The position numbers were made by a program, and so were the translations under genes. A model generated the notes under the pieces. The model had not been told where the DNA came from and ran no database searches. It was given only the letters and a program-made list of their open reading frames with translations. A DNA stretch of 64,000 nt from Sphaerochaeta sp. (GTDB lineage Bacteria; Spirochaetota; Spirochaetia; Sphaerochaetales; Sphaerochaetaceae), in NCBI RefSeq assembly GCF_036677875.1, contig NZ_JAVBVP010000030.1; one strand, given 5' to 3'. Below are positions 1 through 6,839 of this stretch, piece by piece (within the stretch, counting starts at the first letter, position 1; each line of letters begins with the position of its first letter).

Positions 1-620
1 GTACGGTCAATCCCTCTGGTAAACTGCCCTATACCGTTGCAAGACGTCTGGAGGATTATCGGAGCATGCGCACCTATCCCAAGGATTTTGCCACCACAAA
101 TGTGGCGCGCATCAAGAAGGGCCAGGGGGACAGTACCATCCGCTCGGTCTCTGATTTGGTATATCGGGAAGGACTTATGGTCGGGTACCGCCAATTTGAT
201 ACAGAGCAAAGCGAAGTCGCCTTTTGTTTCGGCCATGGACTCTCATATACTCGGTTTCAGTATGGAGAATTGGAGGTACGGCAATTGGATGAGAGGACTT
301 GGCACCTGCAGTGTATGCTGACGAATGTGGGAGACCGAACCGGTGCGGAGGTCGTGCAGCTGTATATGCATCCGCTTGATCCCAAGATCTTCAGGCCTTT
401 TCAGGAACTGAGGGGTTTTAGCAAGGTATTGCTCAAGGCAAACGAGCAGAAGCTGGTCGATTTCCTGATTACGGATGAGGCGTTCAGTCGTTGGGACCAA
501 GCGTCCTGGAGCTTTACCAGCGATGCCGGTTCGTATGAACTACGCATCGGCTCCAGTAGTCGGGATATCCGCCTGAAAGCGGTGGTGGAATATGCAAAAA
601 AAGGAAGCCACGATGTGTGA
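1..620 (+). CDS. Glycoside hydrolase family 3 beta-glucosidase, C-terminal part (5' end outside window)
   Basis: Frame 3 is open from the window edge. Translation begins TVNPSGKLPYT (GH3 hallmark) and continues GHGLSYTRF...AEVVQLYMH...ELRGFSKV, the FnIII-like C-terminal domain. Stop TGA at 618-620. Confidence 0.8.
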   Translation, partial: TVNPSGKLPYTVARRLEDYRSMRTYPKDFATTNVARIKKGQGDSTIRSVSDLVYREGLMVGYRQFDTEQSEVAFCFGHGLSYTRFQYGELEVRQLDERTWHLQCMLTNVGDRTGAEVVQLYMHPLDPKIFRPFQELRGFSKVLLKANEQKLVDFLITDEAFSRWDQASWSFTSDAGSYELRIGSSSRDIRLKAVVEYAKKGSHDV

Positions 621-633
621 CTTCCCAAATGCT

Positions 634-707
634 TGAGCCCGGCGGGGTTCGAACTCACGACCTTCTCCTCCGGAGGGAGACGCTCTATCCAGCTGAGCTA
701 CGGGCCC
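634..707 (-). tRNA. tRNA-Arg (anticodon CCG)
   Basis: Reverse complement is GGGCCCGTAGCTCAGCTGGATAGAGCGTCTCCCTCCGGAGGAGAAGGTCGTGAGTTCGAACCCCGCCGGGCTCA. It folds as a cloverleaf with a 7-bp acceptor stem, D-arm GCTC/GAGC, anticodon loop CTCCGGA and T-loop TTCGAAC. There is one A:C mismatch in the T-stem. CCA is not encoded. It closely resembles E. coli tRNA-Arg(CCG) as I remember it. Confidence 0.9.
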
Positions 708-718
708 ATAACCTGCTT

Positions 719-748
719 ATCGTACGGCAGAGGGGAGTGCTCTGTCAA
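719..748 (-). promoter_or_regulatory. Candidate sigma-70 promoter of tRNA-Arg
   Basis: Minus strand reads TTGACA (748-743), 18 nt, TACGAT (724-719). The mature tRNA 5' end lies 11 nt downstream. Confidence 0.35.
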
Positions 749-920
749 GGGGCCGAAAAAGAAATCTTATGACAGGAGATCGATTATATATAATTATTTA
801 TATTATATATGTATATTTGTATAGTATAAGAAGAATTTTTGATGTCATTGGGAAGTACAACTACAACTCTTGACACGTGTTTGTTCGCTCAGTACACTAC
901 AAGCTACAGGAAGGAACTGT

Positions 921-1493
921 ATGATACGAAGCCTGGCACATCCCATACAAAAAGGAATCTTGTTTGCATTGGTTCTTGGCCTATGCGCATCCGCCTATTC
1001 CTCTCCGCTTCCGTTCAGCAGTGTACAGGTGCAGGGGGAAATGCCGGTTACCGAAATCTTCCGTGTTGAGCAAAACCAACAAGCCTTGAATTTCAATCTT
1101 GCCGAAAGCAGGAACAGTACCATCCAGGTAGGCTCCTATACCTTGGTTTCCAATAATGCCGTATCCCAGTTCAAGCTGGCTGTTCGCCCCGGACAGAGGG
1201 GTGATGAACAACAATTTTCCTTTGTCCTCGACCAGGCGGAAACCATTCTTCCCGGCCAACGGTCGGTCATCCCGTTTTCGGTACGGGTGGTCAGTGACAC
1301 CTCAAGGGGGATGAGTGTATCGGGAAACGCTTCCATGCAAAAAGATCTCGGAGTCCGCGGAGTATACGGAAACAATGAGACCATCCTCTATGAGTCGGGA
1401 CAGATCCTGGCGGAAATACCGGATTTCGATCCCAATCAATTTGCCACGGGCTGGTATTCCGCTGCCATTGAACTGAGCATCGAAGTGCTCTAA
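921..1493 (+). CDS. Hypothetical secreted protein (190 aa)
   Basis: ATG at 921 is preceded by AGGAAGGA. The N-terminal signal peptide is MIRSLAHPIQKGILFALVLGLCASAYS. The rest is rich in beta-strand-like sequence, and I recognise no family. Confidence 0.6.
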   Translation: MIRSLAHPIQKGILFALVLGLCASAYSSPLPFSSVQVQGEMPVTEIFRVEQNQQALNFNLAESRNSTIQVGSYTLVSNNAVSQFKLAVRPGQRGDEQQFSFVLDQAETILPGQRSVIPFSVRVVSDTSRGMSVSGNASMQKDLGVRGVYGNNETILYESGQILAEIPDFDPNQFATGWYSAAIELSIEVL

Positions 1494-1828
1494 AGCAGCT
1501 CCTCATCGAGGAAGAATGCTTCATCTTCCTCATCGAATTGTCCTTTCAGCAACTCCTTGAGCCACTGGTGGTCATCATCGGCCTCATCGGATTCATCATC
1601 CTCGGCTAGATCATGGCGTTGCATCAGCCATGCCTCCAGTTCCGCCAGGCTTTGGGGGTTGGAAAAGCAGGGACGATCATCCGTTTGGTTGGAAAACTCT
1701 GTCTGTGCCAACAGATGGTACGGACAACGGGTGCAGGAACCTGCCGTTTGACAGAACTGCATGACCTGGGAATACCATTCTCGATTGTTCATGGGCACAG
1801 CATACTCCACCTCGTCCTGTTTTTCCAT
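1490..1828 (-). CDS. Hypothetical very acidic small protein with Cys cluster (112 aa)
   Basis: ATG at 1828 has GGGAAAG upstream. I count 29 D/E against 7 K/R. It has the motif CQTAGSCTRCPYH plus a fourth Cys, and a C-terminal poly-acidic tail. No family recognised. Confidence 0.5.
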   Translation of the reverse strand: MEKQDEVEYAVPMNNREWYSQVMQFCQTAGSCTRCPYHLLAQTEFSNQTDDRPCFSNPQSLAELEAWLMQRHDLAEDDESDEADDDHQWLKELLKGQFDEEDEAFFLDEELL

Positions 1829-1852
1829 ACCGGCTTTCCCTGCAATGTCCGT

Positions 1853-1882
1853 TTGACTCGGTCAAAGAAGTGGCGCTAGAAT
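1853..1882 (+). promoter_or_regulatory. Candidate sigma-70 promoter for the nucleotidyltransferase gene
   Basis: TTGACT (1853-1858), 18 nt, TAGAAT (1877-1882), about 37 nt upstream of ATG 1919. Confidence 0.35.
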
Positions 1883-1918
1883 GGGAGTGACAAAGCAACC
1901 TTGCAGAGGAGGGTATGG

Positions 1919-2827
1919 ATGAAACCGACACTATTGGTAATGGCAGCAGGAATGGGTAGCCGCTACGGCGGGATCAAACAGATAGACAGTGTGGGCTCTC
2001 ACGGGGAGACCTTGCTTGACTTCGGCGTGTATGACGCCCATAAAAGCGGGTTTGAGAAGGTGATTTTCCTGATCCGTAAGGATATCGAAAAGGATTTCCG
2101 TGAACGGGTATTCGATCGCATTGCCAACAATATGGATGCTTCTTATGTGTTTCAAAACCAGGATTCCTTGTTGAATGAGGAGCAGAAACGGCTCTCCCAA
2201 GGGCGCAAAAAACCATGGGGGACCATTCATGCCGTGTTATGCGCAGAGCCTGTGATCAAAGAACCGTTCGCCGTGATCAACGCGGACGACTATTATGGTA
2301 GGGATGCTTTCGTCGTACTTGGCAAACACCTCACCGAACTCGATCCTGCAAGTACCGAACATGCGATGGTGGGCTATGTGCTTGACCATACCATGAGCCG
2401 CAGCGGAACCGTCAGTCGGGCGATTTGCCATGTTGAGGATGGATACCTGCTCGATATGGAAGAGCATACCAAAATCGGCTACGAGGGCGAGCAGGTGGTC
2501 AGTCATCGTGAAGGGGCTGATTTGGTGCTCACCGGCAAGGAATGGGTGTCCATGAATTTCTTCGGATTCGCTCCCACGGCCTTTGCCAGTTTCGCTTCGT
2601 ATTGGGAATCGTTCATCAAGGACAACATCACCAGTGAAAAGACGGAGTGCTATCTTCCCAACGGTGCCAGCCGCATCGTAACGAATCAGGAAGGAAAGAT
2701 TCGGTTCTACACCACCCAGGATACCTGGTTCGGCATGACATACAGCGAAGACCGCCAGAATGTGAAGGATCAACTGGCTCAGAAGGTGGCAAAAGGCTAC
2801 TATCCCGAGAAGCTCTGGAAATACTAG
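1919..2827 (+). CDS. Sugar-phosphate nucleotidyltransferase family protein
   Basis: The N-terminus LLVMAAGMGSRYGG is the GxGxR nucleotide-binding signature of NTP-transferases. AGGAGG lies 7 nt upstream of ATG 1919. The longer ORF start at 1901 is TTG. Confidence 0.75.
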   Translation: MKPTLLVMAAGMGSRYGGIKQIDSVGSHGETLLDFGVYDAHKSGFEKVIFLIRKDIEKDFRERVFDRIANNMDASYVFQNQDSLLNEEQKRLSQGRKKPWGTIHAVLCAEPVIKEPFAVINADDYYGRDAFVVLGKHLTELDPASTEHAMVGYVLDHTMSRSGTVSRAICHVEDGYLLDMEEHTKIGYEGEQVVSHREGADLVLTGKEWVSMNFFGFAPTAFASFASYWESFIKDNITSEKTECYLPNGASRIVTNQEGKIRFYTTQDTWFGMTYSEDRQNVKDQLAQKVAKGYYPEKLWKY

Positions 2828-3756
2828 GACTTCCTCTTTTGTTTCTGGGTGACGTCCGACAGACCCGCCCAAGCTGCTTCCTCGATGGGGGTGAACCCCT
2901 CACCGAGGACTTTGTATGCCTCTTGCACCACCATGAAAGCGTCATCGTCATGCCGATGGACGATGGCGGTCAGTGCGCCGAGTTTGTTGTTGGCCACCAC
3001 CGTCATGATGACCGGCCGCTCAAAACCGGTGTACATCCCGCTGCCGTAGAGTATGGTGCCTCCATGGCCGAGTTCCTCCAGGATTGCAAGCTCGATTTCC
3101 TTACGCTTCTCGCTGATGATGAATACAGTCTTCGCAGAACGCGTTCCAAATGAGAGCACCACCCGATCAATGGTGACTCCGACGATATAGACCGTCATCG
3201 TTGCATATAACGCCATCTCCAAGGAGAAGATGAAGGCGCTTGATGCGATGATGAGTGCATCGACGAGGAACAGCGATGTTCCCAGGGAAAGCGGGGTGAA
3301 CCGTGCAAGTATTTGGGCAAGGATGTCCGTTCCCCCGGTGTTTGCCCCGCTTCGGAGCACCAGACCCACGCCGAGTCCCATCAACACGCCCCCGCTGATC
3401 GCCGACAACAGGATGGAAAGCGGATTGCTGTAATCCAAGACCCCGTCGTAACCGACCCATGCGTTGATCAGGGAGGTGAACAAACTCAACAGGATGGTTC
3501 CACCCAGGGACTTGGCCCCGTACTGCTTGCCGAAAATGGCCACACCCAACAGAAACAGAGGTACCGAAAGGATGAAAATGGAAAGACCGGTGTCGATTCC
3601 CAGGGTGTGGTAGATGATGATGGCAATACCGCTGACTCCCCCGCTGGCAATCTTGGCAGGGGAGGAGAACAGTGCGATGCCCAGGGCGGTAAGAAACGAC
3701 CCTGTCGTGATGTAGAAGAGTTCAAGCAGATGATATTGCTGTTTGGTCATGCTCAT
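2824..3756 (-). CDS. YitT-family integral membrane protein (DUF161/DUF2179 type)
   Basis: Multi-TM N-terminal part (SSPAKIASGGVSGIAIIIYH...). The C-terminal soluble domain (AKTVFIISEKRKEIELAILEELGHGGTILYGSGMYTG) is typical of YitT. The start is ambiguous: ATG 3756 or 3750, or TTG 3777. Confidence 0.8.
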   Translation of the reverse strand: MSMTKQQYHLLELFYITTGSFLTALGIALFSSPAKIASGGVSGIAIIIYHTLGIDTGLSIFILSVPLFLLGVAIFGKQYGAKSLGGTILLSLFTSLINAWVGYDGVLDYSNPLSILLSAISGGVLMGLGVGLVLRSGANTGGTDILAQILARFTPLSLGTSLFLVDALIIASSAFIFSLEMALYATMTVYIVGVTIDRVVLSFGTRSAKTVFIISEKRKEIELAILEELGHGGTILYGSGMYTGFERPVIMTVVANNKLGALTAIVHRHDDDAFMVVQEAYKVLGEGFTPIEEAAWAGLSDVTQKQKRKS

Positions 3757-3789
3757 AGCATAGATCCAAAACAGCAAAGTATCTACAGT

Positions 3790-4371
3790 TCATTGCCTCA
3801 GTTTGTCACTCAGATCGGCATTCCATGTTACCAAGCGGGCGAGAAGCGATTCGGCGTCTTGTTCGACGATCAACGCATGGAGGTGGTCCTGTTTCAGGAA
3901 CCCCTCGTCAACGCTGTGTTGCAGGAACGCAAGCAACTGGTCATAGAATCCTGCGACATTGAGCAACGCCACCGGTTTGTGATGATAGCCGAGTTGCAAC
4001 CACGTATACACTTCCAGGATTTCCTCGAACGTCCCGATTCCCCCGGGCAATGCCACGAAGGCATCGGCAAGATCGTACATCGTCTGTTTGCGTTCATGCA
4101 TGGAGGACGCAATGATCAAAGTGTCCTCCACCTGATGCATGCGCACATCCGGTCGATTCAAGGCCTCGGGAAGGACCCCGATGACGTTTCCTCCGCGTTG
4201 GTAGAGGCTTTGGGCTACTGTGCCCATCAACCCCCGATTACCGCCGCCGTAGACCAACCCAAGGCATTTTTTGCTCATGGCCTCCCCCAATTGGCGGGCT
4301 GTCATCTCATATATGGGGTTTTTCCCATTGCTGCTGCCGCAAAATACGGCCAAGGTTCGTATGTTGTTCAT
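3790..4371 (-). CDS. LOG-family (TIGR00730-type) nucleotide phosphoribohydrolase
   Basis: VFCGSS...GLVYGGGNRGLMG...PGGIGTFEE motifs characteristic of LOG/lysine-decarboxylase-like proteins. Confidence 0.85.
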   Translation of the reverse strand: MNNIRTLAVFCGSSNGKNPIYEMTARQLGEAMSKKCLGLVYGGGNRGLMGTVAQSLYQRGGNVIGVLPEALNRPDVRMHQVEDTLIIASSMHERKQTMYDLADAFVALPGGIGTFEEILEVYTWLQLGYHHKPVALLNVAGFYDQLLAFLQHSVDEGFLKQDHLHALIVEQDAESLLARLVTWNADLSDKLRQ

Positions 4372-4443
4372 GGTATCAGCCTACCGATATGACACATCAG
4401 TTGCAACTATTGTAGGAACAGGGGTTACCGACCGTCGGTTTGC

Positions 4444-4472
4444 TTGTTATATTGAAGGGAGAAGTGTATGAT
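4444..4472 (+). promoter_or_regulatory. Candidate sigma-70 promoter for the repeat-containing OMP gene
   Basis: TTGTTA (4444-4449), 17 nt, TATGAT (4467-4472). Confidence 0.3.
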
Positions 4473-4528
4473 ACAATATACGGTAGTTTGGTAGCCTTCT
4501 TCAGAGCTATTGATAGGAGTTGTGTACT

Positions 4529-5833
4529 ATGAGAATGAAAGTATTAGCAGTATTGGCAGCCTTGATCCTGTTGCCATCGGTCTTGTTCGCAGTGCCTGTT
4601 GTCATAACCTGGGAGTGGCTGCTTGAGGATCCTCTGGTGACTACCTTCCGCTACCAAGTGGATGGCGAGAATGCCGATGCTTGGACAGTGGTCGATTCTT
4701 CGGTGACCAGTTATACCCAACGAGGTCTTGATGGGACCATCGCCCATACGCTGTATCTGCAGCAATCCTATGATGGAGTTAATTTCAGCGATAGTGCACA
4801 GTCGGTAGCCCAGCCGATGTTCCCGGTCGAACAACCTGCGGTCCAAACAGCTGAACAACCGGCCCCGGTGCAGGAGCAGCCGGTAGCCGAAAGCCAGCCG
4901 GTCGTCGCTGAACAGCCGACCCCGGTGCAGGAACAACCGGTAGCCGAGAGCCAGCCGGTCGTCGCTGAACAGCCGGCCCCGGTGCAGGAGCAGCCGGTAG
5001 CCGAAAGCCAGCCGGTCGTAGCAGAACAAAGCGCCCCGGTCCAGGAACAACCAGTAGCCGAGGCTGCCGTGAGCGCCTCCACAGAGCCGGTGGTTCCGGT
5101 AGCCGAAGCAGTAGTGCCCATGCCTGAACAGGTTGCTGCAAACGAACCTGCAGTGGTGGAGCCGCAACCGGTAGTCCAGGAAAGCGCACCCGCACTCGAA
5201 GCGCCGGCGGCCGCACCGGTCGCTGAAGCACAGCCTTCCGTGGCTGAAAGCGCCCCCGTTGCTCAAAAAGCAAAAGCTGCGAGTCGCGCGTATTCCACCC
5301 TTACGCTGGGCGGTGTACTCAACTTCCAGAATCCCGCATTGAGTGGGTCTTATTCCCGATTCAATGTACAAGCTGAGCTTGGCTTGCAACTGAACAACCT
5401 GATGACCTTCAACGATTCATTGGGTCTGGGCGTGGATATCGGTCTTGCATACTCTCCGTACATGAACAGCTACAGCTGGTCTTCCGTGGCCAAGGATTTG
5501 CTTGCCTTCGATTTCGCCACACCGATTTCCCATCTTGATCATGCCATCACGGTCAGCGTAAGTCCGATGCTGAACATGGAGTTCGGCAAGACCGTCTTTG
5601 ATCTGGGTCTTGGTGGATTCTTCACCTATGGACCGAGTCTGGCGGATACCAACAGCGATCATATGCTCTACGGTGCATTCGCAAAGGCCGGGTTCGAATA
5701 TAAGTTCAACAAGACTTTCAGCCTGGGTGTCAACGGAAAATATGGTTTGATCCTCAGTGAGGGCGGGCTTTCCTCGCTCTCCACCATTCCCCAATTTGCG
5801 GAAGGAACGGTGTACATGGGATTCTCTTTCTAG
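4529..5833 (+). CDS. Modular outer-membrane protein: signal peptide, small N-terminal domain, Pro/Glu/Val-rich repeat linker, C-terminal beta-barrel-like domain
   Basis: AGGAG lies 9 nt upstream of ATG 4529. Signal peptide is MRMKVLAVLAALILLPSVLFA. There are 19-aa tandem repeats. The C-terminal ~190 aa have alternating hydrophobic strands and end GTVYMGFSF (terminal Phe). Confidence 0.8.
   Translation: MRMKVLAVLAALILLPSVLFAVPVVITWEWLLEDPLVTTFRYQVDGENADAWTVVDSSVTSYTQRGLDGTIAHTLYLQQSYDGVNFSDSAQSVAQPMFPVEQPAVQTAEQPAPVQEQPVAESQPVVAEQPTPVQEQPVAESQPVVAEQPAPVQEQPVAESQPVVAEQSAPVQEQPVAEAAVSASTEPVVPVAEAVVPMPEQVAANEPAVVEPQPVVQESAPALEAPAAAPVAEAQPSVAESAPVAQKAKAASRAYSTLTLGGVLNFQNPALSGSYSRFNVQAELGLQLNNLMTFNDSLGLGVDIGLAYSPYMNSYSWSSVAKDLLAFDFATPISHLDHAITVSVSPMLNMEFGKTVFDLGLGGFFTYGPSLADTNSDHMLYGAFAKAGFEYKFNKTFSLGVNGKYGLILSEGGLSSLSTIPQFAEGTVYMGFSF
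4850..5062 (+). repeat. In-frame tandem repeat, 57-bp unit, about 3.7 copies (AEQPAPVQEQPVAESQPVV)
   Basis: Copies lie at 4850-4906, 4907-4963, 4964-5020, plus a diverged partial copy from 5021. Copy 1 and copy 3 differ at 2 of 57 nt. Confidence 0.95.
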
Positions 5834-5856
5834 CAGACACGCATGAATTTCTTCAG

Positions 5857-5883
5857 AAAAGAGCCCGTCAACGGGCTCTTTTT
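5857..5883 (+). terminator. Rho-independent terminator after the OMP gene
   Basis: GAGCCCG-tcaa-CGGGCTC stem (7 bp, extendable with A:T pairs) followed by TTTTT. Confidence 0.7.
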
Positions 5884-5895
5884 GTATACCGTGCC

Positions 5896-5925
5896 TTGAC
5901 CTCTGTTCTTCGGTATGGCTATCAT
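5896..5925 (+). promoter_or_regulatory. Candidate sigma-70 promoter for fic
   Basis: TTGACC (5896-5901), 18 nt, TATCAT (5920-5925). Confidence 0.35.
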
Positions 5926-6026
5926 AGACCAAGATAAGGTAAAGGGTTCTTGGAAGATATCCTGTTCTGATGCAGTTCGGGATTTGTACGAGAAAGGATA
6001 TACCGTGCCCCCGAGGGGGCAGAAGG

Positions 6027-6794
6027 ATGGTTAGTGTTTTTATGAAAGCAGGCCGAGTGCAAGCATGCATCGACTATATCAAGTTCAATCATGAAGCGGA
6101 AGGATTTGCGTTTTCCGAAGAAGAGGAACAATCGGTACGGAACGTTTTGGAAGGGGAGGCTTCCCCTGATGAAAGTATCCAGCGCTATATTGAGGATCAT
6201 GATCTTTCGCATGAGTATGTTCCACCGAAGGATGAACATACGTTTTATCAACATACATCCTGTCTGGTGAATTATTTCTCCATCAAGGAACGGGGAAAAC
6301 TTCGGAAGGTGGAAGCGTTTCTTGCCGATCTTCGCACGGCGGAAATGCTTTTGGAGACCGTACAGAATACCTATGACTTCGAATATCTCAAATCGATCCA
6401 TGAGCGGATGTTCGGCGACGTATATCCCTCAGCGGGTTTGGTGAGAACAACAGTGGCTGCGAAACGGACGGTGTTCTGCAGTCCTGAGTTCATCGAAAGT
6501 GCCGCCGAGGACATCTTTACCAGGTTGCGCAAGGACCATTATCTGAAAGACCTTGATCGTGAGCGGTTCATCAATGATCTCGCATTTTATATGGGAGAGC
6601 TCGAGGCATTGCACCCGTTCCGGGATGGCAATGGACGCGCAGCCCGATTGTTTTTCTACCAGTTGTCGATGAATGCAGGGTATGACGTCGACTGGTCGCA
6701 GGTTGATGCCGACCGGTTGTTGGAAGCCGATATCAGTGCGATCGACGGCGATTATCAGCTCTTGATCGATGTTTTGGAAGAGGTGGTCATCTAA
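6027..6794 (+). CDS. fic: Fic/DOC family protein (AMPylase-type motif) with N-terminal VbhA-like segment
   Basis: Canonical Fic motif HPFRDGNGRAAR. The start is uncertain: ATG 6027 with GAGGGGG upstream, or alternatives at 5970 and 6042. Confidence 0.85.
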   Translation: MVSVFMKAGRVQACIDYIKFNHEAEGFAFSEEEEQSVRNVLEGEASPDESIQRYIEDHDLSHEYVPPKDEHTFYQHTSCLVNYFSIKERGKLRKVEAFLADLRTAEMLLETVQNTYDFEYLKSIHERMFGDVYPSAGLVRTTVAAKRTVFCSPEFIESAAEDIFTRLRKDHYLKDLDRERFINDLAFYMGELEALHPFRDGNGRAARLFFYQLSMNAGYDVDWSQVDADRLLEADISAIDGDYQLLIDVLEEVVI

Positions 6795-6839
6795 GTTTTG
6801 GGGACGGGGCAGCTTGTCCTCATGGAAGGAGAACTCCCT

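Noticed and set aside
781-840. AT-rich tract as oriC/DUE or a dif site (mnmE-mnmG-rsmG and ftsK are in the window)
   Set aside because: I saw no cluster of TTATCCACA-like DnaA boxes nearby, and the only near-match I noticed (TGTGGATAT at ~23041) is inside pepF. There is also no XerD-arm-like TTATGTTAAAT or TTATGTAAACT. The tract lies 45 kb from mnmG.
3313-4392. 359-aa plus-strand ORF spanning the YitT and LOG genes
   Set aside because: It is entirely antisense to two genes with clear family motifs. The translation is low-complexity (Q/G/D/H-rich) with no recognisable domain. This is typical of a shadow ORF.
4850-5062. Possible CRISPR array or minisatellite
   Set aside because: The repeats are directly adjacent with no spacers, and they are in frame and translated as a 19-aa unit within a long ORF. 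This is a coding tandem repeat, not CRISPR.
5885-6009. 11-bp direct repeat TATACCGTGCC (5885-5895 and 5999-6009) flanking the fic promoter region, as possible insertion-site duplication
   Set aside because: An 11-mer repeat within ~100 bp is expected a few times by chance in 64 kb. It brackets only the promoter, not the gene, and no terminal inverted repeats or mobility genes are present.
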